NCBI RefSeq assembly: GCF_009914755.1
Contig: NC_060926.1
From: the human T2T-CHM13v2.0 reference genome, Homo sapiens
Strand: one strand, 5' to 3'
DNA length: 64,000 bases
Shown here: piece by piece, positions 48,401 through 62,329 of the stretch
Layout: each line of letters begins with the position of its first letter
Position numbering within the stretch: position 1 is the stretch's first letter
Program-made: the position numbers and the translations under genes
Notes under the pieces: model-generated
Told to the model about the DNA's origin: nothing
Seen by the model: the letters and a program-made list of their open reading frames with translations, nothing else
Database searches by the model: none

Positions 48401-49557
48401 TAAAAGGTCCTATAAATGCAAAAAGATCATTATAACCTATACACTGACAACATGGATTATGGGAACATTTGCAGAATATGACTGAAGTTCACATAATCTC
48501 TATACCCACCCAGATGTGTGTCTTTAGACTACTTCAAACCTAATGTGGAAATTGAGATTGTGTTTGGCCAACTTAATCACCTACATCAGTCAGAGGAAGA
48601 TGAAAGAAAAGTCATAACTAATATGCAAGCAATTACTATCCAAATTTGGCTTTTTATTTCTAAGAACCATAGAATTAAATTCAAACATTTAATCCCTCTC
48701 TGCTTGGGCCTGTTTCACCAACATGTGGGACAAAGAGGCAGAAAACAATTTATTTCTAGGCCACCTGCCACTGTTTTCTTGCTGAACTGGATACGTGGTA
48801 GGAGAAGAAGCCAGGTGGTCTGACCTGTTCACAAGTAATCAGGAGCTAGCTGTTCTTCCTGCAGCAGAAGCCAGAGCTCAGAATTTCCTGACCCATGCCC
48901 ACTACATTCTCAATGTGGTGTTTCCTTAAGATCTGAGTGCTCATACACATCATTCCCGGAGCTCACAGGCCTCCCTTTCAAGGCACATTGTGTCTTTCTT
49001 CCTGAGTCCCACAACAACATATGAAGGGGAAAATATGGGTATAAAAGTCTTTTCCCACCTTTCCATTGAGACCATGGTGATATTTATGCCCCTTCATTTC
49101 ATCCAGAACCCAGCTCTGGGACATGTGGCTATGAAACCTTCCATCATTTTAAGACTTTTGAAAGTACAATTTCCAGCAGAACAGTGGTTTTTATTGTTTC
49201 TCTCTCGTTTCTGAGCAATTTAGGCCATCTAAAGAGAAAGACCTGAAGTTTCTCTTGTCAGTTCAGCCCAAAAATGAGGGGAAATGATCATTTGAAATCC
49301 AGAAAGAGAAAAAAAAATTAAAGAAAGAAATTCTTGACTTGGAAGAGATTACATATCTGACTAGAAATAAAATGGGATACAGTGAAGTTAAAAACATGAA
49401 TTCCTACCACATTATCACTAACATGAGCTGTTCATCCTGAATTGCCTCCAGCTAGGGAGCTGTGGTAGGAAGGGTACTTAAGGCTTTGAAATCAGGTCTA
49501 CCCAGGTTCAAATCACAGCTCTGCCTTTTCCTGCCTCTATCCCCTCATCCTTATAAG

Positions 49558-50791
49558 TGTCAGCTGAAGAATGATGAAGTCATAATTTTGGAAAGGAGAT
49601 CTTTATTTCTCATAAACGGTTGTAGCCTGCAAGGTAGCCATTCTGACAGGCTGGGAAGTGTAGCCTCCAGCCAGAAGCTGGAAAATGGCACTTTGGTGGT
49701 GGTCGGGGTAGGCATAAGACAGGAATTTATGCTGAACAGCTTGGCTAAGCATACATATTCAATAAACTATAGGAGAAATCATGAATATTTATGAAAGGAG
49801 TAATATGCACAGGCACAATTGAGCTCCATGCCTCTTCATGGGTGGCATGTTCAAAAAATGATGGCATTACTATTTAAAATAGTAAGGACTTGGAACTAAC
49901 CCAAATGCCCATCAATGATAGACTTGATAAAGAAAACGTGTCACATGTACACCATGCAATACTATGCAGCTATAAAAAAGAATGATTTCATGTCTTTTGC
50001 AGGGACATGGATGAAGCTGGAAGCCATCATTCTTAGAAAACTAACACAGGAACATAAAACCAAACACTGAATATTCTCACTCATAAGTGGGAGTTGAACA
50101 ATGAGAACATATGGACACAGGGAGGGGAACATCACACACCGGGGCCTGTTGGGGGGTGAGGGGCAAGGGGAGGGAGAGCATTAGGACAAATACCTAATGC
50201 ATGCTGAGATTAAAACCTAGATGATGGGTCGATAGATACAGCAAACCACCATGGCACATGTATACCTATGTAATAAACCTACATGTTCTGCATTATGTAT
50301 CCCAGAACTTAAAGTAAAATTTAAAAAAAAAAAAGATGGCATTAGAATGATCCAAAGGTGCAGTTTTTGACTTTCTAATATCAAAAGGTAAAGCACAGAA
50401 CATGTAAACCCTCACTGTGCACCCTCTGTTGATGCCAGAACCACTCCATGGTTGGTGGTCTCTTATTAGGAAGGAATACATTGTAAAACTGGTGAGTTAT
50501 CATGTCAAAACTGCAAAGAGAGGGAGAGAGTCCTGTCACGGCCTCAGATAATTGGCTAAAGGTAATAAAGGAAGGAGTCATCCCTTTCTTGTTTTCTAGA
50601 GCTGATTTCTGCTTACTCTAGGAAAGAATTCTGGTTAAAGGTTAATAACGAAGGGGCATACTGGGATGTGTCTGACCTCCCATCTTGTCATGGCTAGGAG
50701 CTCAGTTTTTAAGGTTTATCTGGGGTCCCCTTGGCCAAGAGGGAGTCTATTCAGTTTTTTGAAGGACTTAGGATTTTATTTTTATTTCTCA
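49558..50791 (-). mobile_element. ERV1 solo LTR of the MER4 group (MER50-like), inserted in a MIR and split by L1PA
   Basis: Reverse complement starts tgagaaataaaaataaaatcctaag...ctcttggccaaggggaccccag; TG...CA ends. Confidence 0.75.
49870..50334 (+). mobile_element. 5'-truncated L1PA 3' end
   Basis: Canonical L1PA 3'UTR with G-rich tract and poly-A; TSD gatggcatta (49860-49869 / 50335-50344). Confidence 0.95.
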
Positions 50792-51447
50792 TGAGCAACA
50801 AGGCTTATGATCTATAAAAACAGGGAAAATAATACCTTCTTCATAGGGTTGTCATGAAGATTGAATGGACTATGAATTTAAAGTATCTGTTACAGAGTTG
50901 AAAGGTCACAAATGATAGCTATAAAGTATCTAGCCCACAAACCTTGCTGTTTTTCCTGGAATTTTCATTGGTTACACCTTCAAGTTAAAGATTGAAAGTT
51001 ACTATTAAAAGTCAAATATGTGACCTAGAAGAAATAACAGCAATCTCTTTCAGTGATTATCATCTTGGTATATGTTAGCACCTAGCCTAGTTATCTGATA
51101 TGATAGGGGAATAAGATAGAGAGATTTTAATGGCTAGAAGGAAAGGGAAAAAAGCTTAGAACATGGTATGCTGAGACAGCAAATTCAAGTGGGCAAGAAT
51201 CGTTGACACTCCAGGAAGTGGGATGCCAAATGAGGGTGGGAAGCCAGAGGAGAGGAGAAGAGACTTTCTGCATGAGAAGACATTTCATAATTTTGCCTAG
51301 GAGCCCAGGAAATGTGATTGCCACCACCAATTTATGCTTGCCTCACTAATATACCACCTCCCCCAGGCAAGTAACTTTGCCTTCATCTGCAAGTCTGCCT
51401 GGAGCCTCATTTCTTCATGAAGCTCCTCACAACAATGTACATGGTAG

Positions 51448-52160
51448 TGAGGCAGGAGAATAGAGTCTGGAGGCAGAGAACCTAAGGCTGTTTCACGTCG
51501 ACTTCCTAGAACTAAATAGGAAGGAAAACCCTAACTTTCCATGCCTAAGTAACAAAAGGACCAGAGGTTACTACTCCCTTTGGCCTTTTCTGCCCGGCAG
51601 ATGGGAAACTGGCTGTCCGCAGCAAATCATACTGAGTGTGGGTAGAGTCTTTGTTTGCAGCTTTGTAACTTCACTCCAGTCTCTGAGTGGTTGCTGTCCA
51701 CAACCAGTCAGACTGATTGCAGGTGGAGTCTTCATTTGTGTAGAAGTATATAACTTTGTAACTTCACCCTAGCCTCTGATTGGCTGCTCTTTGCAACCAA
51801 TCAGATGTTTGGACAGGAGTGTGACCTTCGTAACTTCATTTCAGTCCCTGGTTGGCTGCTTTCTGCAACCAAACAGACTGATCGCTGGCTACCACTTCAT
51901 TTACATAAGGTGAGCATAAAGTGGTCAATGGGAAACTTCTAGCGGGTGTTTGGACCCAAGAAGATTCTGTCTCCGGGCCCTTGAACAGCTGCTTGGGTCC
52001 GCTCCCACACTGTGGAGTGTACTTTCATTTTCAATAAATCCCTGCTTTCATTCTTTTTTTACTTCGTTCTTTCTTTCCTTTGCTGGGCATGTTGTCCAAT
52101 TCTTTGTTCAAAACGCCAAGAACCTGGACAACTTGCAGTCACAACCCTCTACCGGTGACA
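51448..52160 (+). mobile_element. ERV1 solo LTR, MER51
   Basis: tgaggcaggagaatagagtctggaggcagagaacctaagg...ctaccggtgaca; perfect TSD gtag; internal CCAAT-containing repeats; AATAAA. Confidence 0.9.
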
Positions 52161-52639
52161 GTAGGAGTAGAATGAATGAGGTCGGATGATCCAGGAACTC
52201 AGTGGGAGTTCTAGACATCCATGCCCAACAGACATCATTCTTAGCCCTCATGAACCAGAGTCTTTGTATTACTCTTTTGTGACAAATACAGAGCAATCGA
52301 GTTTCACTCAGAAACCTTAGACCAGTCACAAAATATAAAATGACTGGTTAAACCTCACTGCCTAAATGACGAACATTGTCATTGCACCTGCTTCAGCAGG
52401 ACGGGGAGAGGAGGCAACGGGATTCTAGCAGCACAGGGAGATTAACGGGCTGGGATAAGTGATAACTTAGTGATTGTTTTCTGGAAACTGATAAATTTGC
52501 AGACCACATGGAAGTTTCACCTGCCTCAAAACTTGCACCAGTGCTCAATGCCTCTGAGGGTGGGAGCACTCGTTAAAGACATTTACCTGCAGGTGTTTTA
52601 ATACAGACACTGCCTTAAGTGATGTATAAAAGTTGATAA

Positions 52640-53685
<1,046 letters not shown>

Positions 53686-54089
53686 TTAGCCCACTCTGGC
53701 AGCAGGCATATATTTTTTTCTAAATGTCCCACTAGGCAATTTCTCCTTCATAGCTTCCATTTTCACTAGACTCCAGTAACATTGTTTCTTCTCCTTGCTG
53801 CTTGGTCTAGAAGTGGCAAGGTTTTCCACCATTGTTATTCTCTGGTGGCCTCAACTTCTTTCTTTCCTTAACCCTTTTGACACCACTGGGAATAATGTGA
53901 CTTCATTAAAGTCACAAACTATTCAGTGAATTGTTTCTTGATGGGCCTCTGACTGCTACACAAGTGTTCCCAGCTGTTAGTGAAGCCATGTTCTTTGAGG
54001 CTCGGATGCTCTGGAATGAGAGCTCCTATGCAGGATGACAATATGGCAATAGAATTTTTGAGGAATACTGGTGTTTTCTAATATACTAC

Positions 54090-55260
54090 TCTCAACCCCA
54101 TTGTCATCTCATTCTCTATTCTCTTGGGAAATTGCTTCTCCCACAATGGCTTCAGCTATCACCTGTGTACCTATGACTATTGAACTTGAGGTTTTTGTCT
54201 CTATGTGGATTAATAAGTTCTAGACACACCTTTTCAATGTGTGCTTAAGTTTTCCCCATGAGTGGCTAATTTCAACTCAGCAGGAATACTTTTCTCTGTT
54301 TTAGTGAATAGCACTATCATCCAACCCTTCACTCAAATTAGACACCTCAACATTATCTTTAAGTCCACTCCTCTCTCATTGTCCAAATGGGCTTCAAATC
54401 TCACACTTCAGAGATATTTATAAGGAGTATCAATTCCCCTGCTCCTTTCATTGTATATCCTTCGCACCTCTAAATGTCCTCACTACTACTAGTTTCTTCT
54501 TTGTTCAAGACATTCCTTCTTCTTCTGTCATCTTTTTAAGAAATCAATTTAATCATATTGCTCCCCTGCACAAACCTTTCCTTGACTCCTCACTGCCTAC
54601 AGAATAAATTCCAGACTCTTTAATAAGTTACCCAAAGCCTTCCCAAGCTGACTGCAGCTCATCTTTCTAGCTCTTCATTGAACTTCACACACCATACGTA
54701 CAATTCTTCATTTCCTAAACATTTCCTGCTTTTCCATGCCTTTGTGCATTTGTACATCTCATTGCTTCTGAGTACAAAAGCTCCAATGTTGTTGATTAAT
54801 CTGATAAAATATTCTTTCCACAGGTCTAAAACAATTCATTTACTCATTCAACAAATCATTATTGATAGTACAATATATGCTGAGTACTATGTTGGGTGTA
54901 TAGTGGGGAACAAGATTGTTCCTCGCTATAGTCCTGTGGGTCTCTTCTCCCGTAGTACCCAATGTCTACTGGGGACATAAATGTTAACTTGGTAGTCTCT
55001 GAACTCACTCCATAATCATAATCACGAATAAGTGCCATGAAGGAAAATTATAGGGTGCTATATCAGGTCTTTTCTGAAGCCCCCAGGCTAGAGTTACTCG
55101 TTCTCCTCTGAGTTCCCATAGTGGTATATTTAACTGCTCTTTGATCATGTCTGCCCCAATAAGATTTGAAGTAGAAATTGGGTCATGTTTTAATCTACAG
55201 TAGCAGGCAACATTTTTGGCCTGAAGTGTATGCATAGGGGATGACTAAGTGAATAAATAA
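54090..55260. mobile_element. L2 LINE fragments
   Basis: cactgcctacagaataaattccagactc, cattcaacaaatcattattga and aagtgaataaataa L2 hallmarks; approximate. Confidence 0.7.
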
Positions 55261-56085
55261 ATTAAATAAACAGTTTTAAGCAAAAGATTGACTTTGAAAT
55301 TGTCCTGAAAATAATGAGAGCAATAGTCCTAAGAGTGTTTATGGATCCCAAAGCTTCCCTGACTAGCAGACAAATCTTCAAAGTTTTCTAAGGAAATATA
55401 TCTTACAAGAAAGTATGCTGATGAATTCAATGTTTCATTGACTCACTAATTTAGGACATTCTCCTTTGAAAAACTCTCTCAGGATTTTCATTTTCATCTG
55501 GAATGAAATGCGGACACCCATGAATCTGGACAAGGCTACTGTATTTGTGGGGTACTTGTCTGTTGATTGCTACCATCACAGGCATTGGCCACCCCACATC
55601 TGGTTTATTGACTAAACCTTTATACCTCTCTTATTCATCCATTTTTAACATTTCACCCTTTGTGTGCTTGGGTTAATTTTTCACCTGAACCATTGAAATG
55701 AAAGTTTTAGACATTACGACACTTCATCTGTAAATATTTCATTTTGTATCTCCTAAGAACAAGGATATTTTCCTACACACCCACAACATCATTATCACTC
55801 TCAAGAAATTTAGCATTGATGTGACAATATTATCTAGTATATAGTAAATATTCATATTTTCCCAATTATCATAATAGTGTCTCTTATGGCTGTTTTTCTA
55901 AATCAAAGATCGAATCTAGTATCATAGGTTACAGTTATTTGTTGTATCCCTTTATTCTTCATTAACAATTCCCTCACTTATTTTTTTTTTTTTACCTTTT
56001 GTAAGAGTGAGATTTTTGCAGCACTCAGGCCAACTTTTTTGTAGCCAGCTCTACAAATTTGGATTTTTCTGATTGTTTCCTCATA

Positions 56086-56803
56086 TTTATTTATTTTTTA
56101 AATTGACAAATGAAAACTGTGTATGTTTATTATGTACACTTGTTGAAGTATGTATACATTGTGGAATGTCTAAACTGAGATAATTAACATATGAATTATC
56201 TCACGTACTTATCACTTTTGTGGTGAGAACCCTTAAAATCTACTCTCTTAGCCATTTTCAAGAATACAATACATTATTATGAACTATAGTCACCGTGTTG
56301 TACAATAGATCTCCTGAACTTAGTCCTCCTATCTGGCTGAAATGTTGTATCCTTTGACCAACATCTCCCAACTCCTCAGCCCCAGCCCCTGGTAACCACC
56401 AATCTACTCTCTATTTCTATTCATTCAACTTTTTTAGATACTACATGTAAGTGAGATCATGAAGTTTGTCTCTTCCTATGCCTGGCTTATTTCACTTAAC
56501 ATAATGTTGTCTAGGTTCATCTATGTCGTTACACGTGACAGGATTTCATTCATATTTAAGGCTATTCCTTTGTGCATCTATACATATTTTCTTTATCCAA
56601 TCACCTGTCGATGGGCACTTAGGTTGATTCCATAACTTGGCTATTGTGAACAGTGTTGCAATGAACATTGGAGTGCAGATATCTCTTCAAATAATGATCT
56701 TGTGTCCTTTGGATGTATACTCAGTAGTGAGATTGCTGGATCATATGATAGTTCTATTTTTAAGTTTTTGAGGAAGTTCTACACTGTTTTCCATAATAAC
56801 TGT
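56086..56803 (-). mobile_element. L1MA-type 3' end nested in older L1
   Basis: aactatagtcaccgtgttgtacaatagatctcctgaactt; TSD attgttt(c/t)ctcatattta (56072-56089 / 56804-56821). Confidence 0.88.
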
Positions 56804-58085
56804 ATTGTTTTCTCATATTTAAATTCTAATTACGCATATTGGCAAGAATATGACAAGTTTTGTTGTGTCTTTCTCAGTGCATCACATCAGGAAACAGATA
56901 GATTATCCCAATCTATCTGATGACTGCTTAAAAAGGTGTTTACTAGATTATTCTAATGTAAATATAGCTTTCTCTTTTGCAATCAGTAAGTCACTTGTGA
57001 GGTTAAACTTTATATGACTATCTTGTGACCCAACAACCTTTCACCAGATAATTTTTAAACTCCGTCATCTGCAACATTCGGCTAGCATTCTCTGTAAAGA
57101 ACTCTTCTTCACCCTCCCACCTAGTCTTGTTTTGCTTGTCGGTTTGTTTTTGAAATCATTAGTTTTTAATTCGGTGCATTAAAAGGCATTACGATCATTA
57201 TTCTTTTTGATTCTCAATTTGTCCCTAATTTGACTAGTGAGAATTTCTTCAAGCTGGCTCCTGTGTTTACTTGATATGTTCTCGTTAGTTATTGAACATT
57301 TTCTTGGGACAATAAAATATTCTCCCAAAATTGCACTTTTCCTTCCTCAGAGACCTGGAATATCTTTTATGGAATGAACTAAGAAACTTAAGTGTTTAAA
57401 CCACGAGTTTATTCTGAAACCTTCAAATTGAATACAGCGAACTCTTCATCTCCTTCCCTTCCATATTCACAATTCCCTTCCCTCATGGCGGTTAACAACA
57501 TCTAATATTGACTTAATTCTCTTTCCTATAATTTGCAAAAAGTAGTGTGGGAATTACTACACCAGTACCATAACCAACAACAAACATATAGAGTAAAATT
57601 TAAATTTCTTTTCAGTTCTTTTTTGCACTAGGCTATATCCCACGAAACATATTCGGTCAGGGTATTGGGTTGAAAATCAGTTTCTGTGTGGGCTGTGTTG
57701 TCGGTTGTATAGTTGGGTTCATTTGTTTCTCTTTGTGTTCAGATTAGAGTATTTTGTCCTTTTTAGTTTTTTTTTTTAATATGTATGACTTTACCATGGC
57801 TTAAAAGTCAAAACTATATAAAAAGTTATATAAAAGTTCACTCCTTTCTCATCCCCTCTACCCTATTCTCATTCCTATCCTATATCCATTGTGCAGACAA
57901 TCACTTTATTAGTTTCTGGTTTATTCTTCCCATGGTTCTTTTTGTAAATATAAGTGTGTGTGTGGGGGGGGGGGGGCGTTCTTTCTTGTTTTCTTTCTCT
58001 TTTTTTTACATAAAAGCCTATTATATGTACTCTTTTGCACTTTGCATTTTTTTTACTTAAAACATATCAGTGTAAGTAACCCTAA

Positions 58086-58397
<312 letters not shown>

Positions 58398-58711
58398 CTT
58401 CATCATTCTTTTCTATAGTTAAATAATTGCCCCAATGTGTGGATGTGCCAGGGTTTATTCAACCAATATTTTATATATTGGTATTCAGGTTGTTTGTTAT
58501 TTTACTCCTACAAATTATGATTTGATGAATAACCCTGTGCATATGTTTCTTTTGTTCACTTTGGTTTTGTTTGTTTGTTTGTTTGTTTTGGAAGTTTTCA
58601 GAATAAAGTTATAGGAGTCAGTTGCAGAGTCAGCAGATAAATGTTACTCTGCCGTATCTCCCTCCAAGCTGATTACACCACTTGAACTTCCAAAGGCAAT
58701 GTATGTGACTG

Positions 58712-58923
58712 TGTTATGAGCCAAATTATGTCCTCTGAAAATTCATCTGTTCAAGCCCTAACCCCCAGTGCCTCAGAATGTGACTGTATTTGGAGAGAGG
58801 ACCTTTAAGGAGATAAGTTGTTCTTGGCCTCCCAGCCTCCAGAACTGTGAGAAAATAAATGCGTGTTGTTTAAGCCCCTCAGTCTATGGTATCCTGTTAT
58901 GGCAGCTGAGGCGCACTAATGCA
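58712..58923 (+). mobile_element. MLT1A0-like LTR with internal deletion
   Basis: 5' part (cccagtgcctcagaatgtgactgtatttggaga) joined directly to 3' part (cagcctccagaactgtgagaaaataaat). Confidence 0.8.
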
Positions 58924-61177
58924 GCCTATTTTCCCACAGCTTCAGCAGGAGAATGAGTTGTTAAACTTGTGAATTTTTGCCAACTCAATCGGTTATAAAA
59001 GTATAGTTTTGGTCTGTGTAACCGTTTTAAGAGTGCAGCTGAGCATCTTTTCATGTGTTTAAGGGTCAAGTTCCTATAATTTTTGTGGAAATTCACGATT
59101 TTTGCTTTTTTCTCAATTTTTAAAAATGTTTTATACATTAAGGAGAGGGCATTTATCTCTGATGCATGTTGCAAATATTTTTGCTTTTTTAGCCACACAA
59201 TTCTTTATTAATTTTATGTAGTACAACTCCTCAATCTTTTCTTTCATTGTATATGGATCTTTAGTCACATTTAGAAAGCCTGTCCTATATTCAAGTTACA
59301 AAATATTCATTCATGTTTTCTTCTAGTATTTGTATGGATTGTTTATTATGTATTTTTCCATTTAGATTTCTCGTGCCTTCAGAGTTTATTATGGTATATG
59401 GTGTAAGGTGTGGATCCAGTTCTGTCTTTATCCAAATAGTTGTCCAACTGTCCCAATACCATTTATTCAGAAGTCCATACTTGCCCAATGATTTGAAATG
59501 CCATCTATATCAAATAATACATTTTTATGCTAGCTTAAATCTATTTCTGGACTTTCTATCTTGTTCCTCTGATCTCTCCATTCATGTGCCACTACCATAC
59601 TGTGTTAACCACCAAGCAGTTACAGTACGTTTTAGTATCCAAGAAGACCAATCTCCCCTTATTGCTTCCCTCATCCCCCCTGTGTAGGGTCTCCCAGCCA
59701 TTCTTGCATGTTCACTTTTCTATATAATTTTAGAATCAACTTGTTTAGGTCCAGAAAACAAAACAAAACAAAAGCTTGTTGACATTTTTCTTGCATTTAA
59801 GTTAAATTCACATGTTAACTTGAGAAGAGCTGACATCTGTATGATGTTGAGTAGTTTCTCTCCAAGAAGAACAGATGCCTTTTTACTTGCTCAAGTCTAC
59901 TTGAATGTCTTTCTGAAGTGTTTTAGAATTTTCCTCATTTAGATTTTGCATATTTCTTTTCAAGTTTCACCTCTTTTTGCTGTAATTATAAATGGATGTT
60001 TTCTCTTCCATTACATCTTGTAATTGGTTATTTTTGTATATATGAAAGCTATTGATTTTTATAAGTTAATTTATATCCTACTGTCTCATTGAATTCCTTA
60101 TTTAATTTCAATTAGTTTAATCATGAATTCTCATGGGTTTTCAAGCTTTACTATCATTTCATCTGCATAGAGAGTTTTTTCTTCTCAAATTTTTACACCT
60201 ATATCTAATTGTATTGATTAACACCGACAAGACAATGTTAAATAGTAAGGAAGATAGCATCCTTATCTTATTTCTGGCCTTAGCAGGAATGCCTCCCAGG
60301 CTTCTCAATTAAATAAGATGCTAAGTTTAGGACAGAGGTACACGGATATGCATAAAGCACATATACACATGTACACATATGTAAACTGCGTGAAGTCTTT
60401 CTTTTTGAGTGCATTTTTTCTATTTCTATTTAATTGAGTGCATTTTTCAGGAATGAGTGTTGAATATTACTGAAGGTCATTTCAGCACCTATGGAGATAA
60501 TTGTTTGATTTTTCTCCTTAAATCTATTAATAAGGTGAATTATATAAATTAATTTCTGCATATTTAAAGTCTGCATTCCTGGAATTTGATATTGATGTTT
60601 TATTAATATGGTGTTGGAAACTTTTGGCTAGTTTTTTAATCTAATTTTAGCATCTATATTTATAAAGGTAATTGGCTTGTAGATTCCTACAATAATAATG
60701 ATCATTGTTATCACCATTAATATTAATCTTTATTAGGATTTGATAGCAACATTATATGGAGAATTTGGAAGTTCTCCATTTTATATACCTTGGAACAATT
60801 TATTTGAGATTATGTGATCTTTGAAGATTCATAGAATTCCCTTATGAAACCATATTGGTCCAGTGTTTCCACGTGGAATAATTTTTGACAACTTTCTTCA
60901 CTTTTTTTCTACTCTGGAGAATGGTCTGCTTAAGCTTTCTATATCAAATGGGACCTGTTTTGGTAAATTACATTTTCATATGGTATAATCAATTTCATAG
61001 TTTCCAAATGTATTTACATAGAGTTTTGCAAAGTAGTCAACCTGTGATTTATTTTCCTTTTTATAATGATTATTTCCTTCTAGTCTTTTCTTATTTTGTA
61101 TATTTGCTCTTTGCCTTTTTTTCTTGATTAGGTTAGTTATCAGTATATTGTTTTTCCTTTTTTCCCCAAAGAACCCA

Positions 61178-61556
61178 TGTGTTAGTCCATTCTCATAGTG
61201 CTATAAGGACATACCAGAGACTGGGTAATTTATAAATGAAAAGAGGTTTCATTGACTCACAGTTCCACAGGGCTGGGGAGGCCTCAGGAAATTTACAATC
61301 ATGATGGAAGGGGAAGCAAACACATCCTTCTTCACATGATGGCAGCAAGGAGAAGTACAGAACGAAGAGGGAGAAAATAGCCACTTATACAAACATCAGA
61401 TCTCGTGAGAACTCACTCACTACTATGAGAACAGCATAGAGGTAACTGCCCCCATGATTCAATTACCTTCCACCAGGTCCCTCCCACAACACAAGGGGAT
61501 TATGGGAACTACAATTCAAGATGAGATTTGGGTGGGGACACAGCCAAACCATATCA
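61178..61556 (-). mobile_element. MaLR solo LTR, THE1
   Basis: tgtgttagtccattctcata...gggtggggacacagccaaaccatatca. Confidence 0.93.
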
Positions 61557-61964
61557 ACCAGCATTTCGAATCATTAATTAGTTCTTTTTTTACTCTTTTG
61601 TATTACATTAATTTCCTCTTTTATCCTTATTATTTCCTGCTTTATACTTTCTTTTTATTTACTTTGTAATTTTTCTCGGTTTTTAAGTTGGGAATAAAAT
61701 TTATTTATTGTAATTATTTTTTATTGATTCAAATATTTAATCCCACAGATTATCCTCAGATCACTGCTTTATTTATTTCTCATTAAATCAGATGTGCATA
61801 TTTTTATTCTATTATTGTTTTTTGAAATTCTGCAATTTTAGTTTGTATATCCTTTTTCACCCAATAGTCATCTAACAGATGTTAATTTCCAAGTAGAAGA
61901 ACGTTTTTAAATTTTCTCATTAATTTCTACTTCATGGAACTCACTCAAAAACTTTCTTTGTGAC

Positions 61965-62329
61965 TACAATGGGCTGAATGCTTATGTCCCCCTAAAATTC
62001 ACATTGAATTGAAATCCTAATTCCCAAGGTGGTGGCATTAGGAGGTGGGGCCTTTGGGAGGTGATCAGGCCATCAGATATCTACCCTTATAAGTGGGATT
62101 AGTGCCCTTATAAAAGAGACCCCAGAGAGCTAGCTAGTCCCTGTCACTATGTGAGGACACAGCAAGAAGGTGTTGTCTGTGAATGAGGAGGTAGGTCTTC
62201 AACAGACACCAAATCTGCTGGCACCTTGATCTTAGACTTCTTAGTCTCTAAAACTGTGAGAAGTAAACTTTTGTTGTTTCTAAGCCACCCAGTCTCTGAT
62301 ATTCTGCTATAGCAGCCTAGAGGAAGACA
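61965..62329 (+). mobile_element. MaLR solo LTR, MLT1A-like
   Basis: ggaggtggggcctttgggaggtgat...ccaaatctgctggcaccttgatcttagacttc. Confidence 0.85.

Noticed and set aside
59291-59687. ORFs resembling a reverse-transcriptase C-terminal region (NKWYWDSW...LDPHLTPYT)
   Set aside because: Decayed L1 ORF2 within the annotated L1M block; interrupted, not a gene
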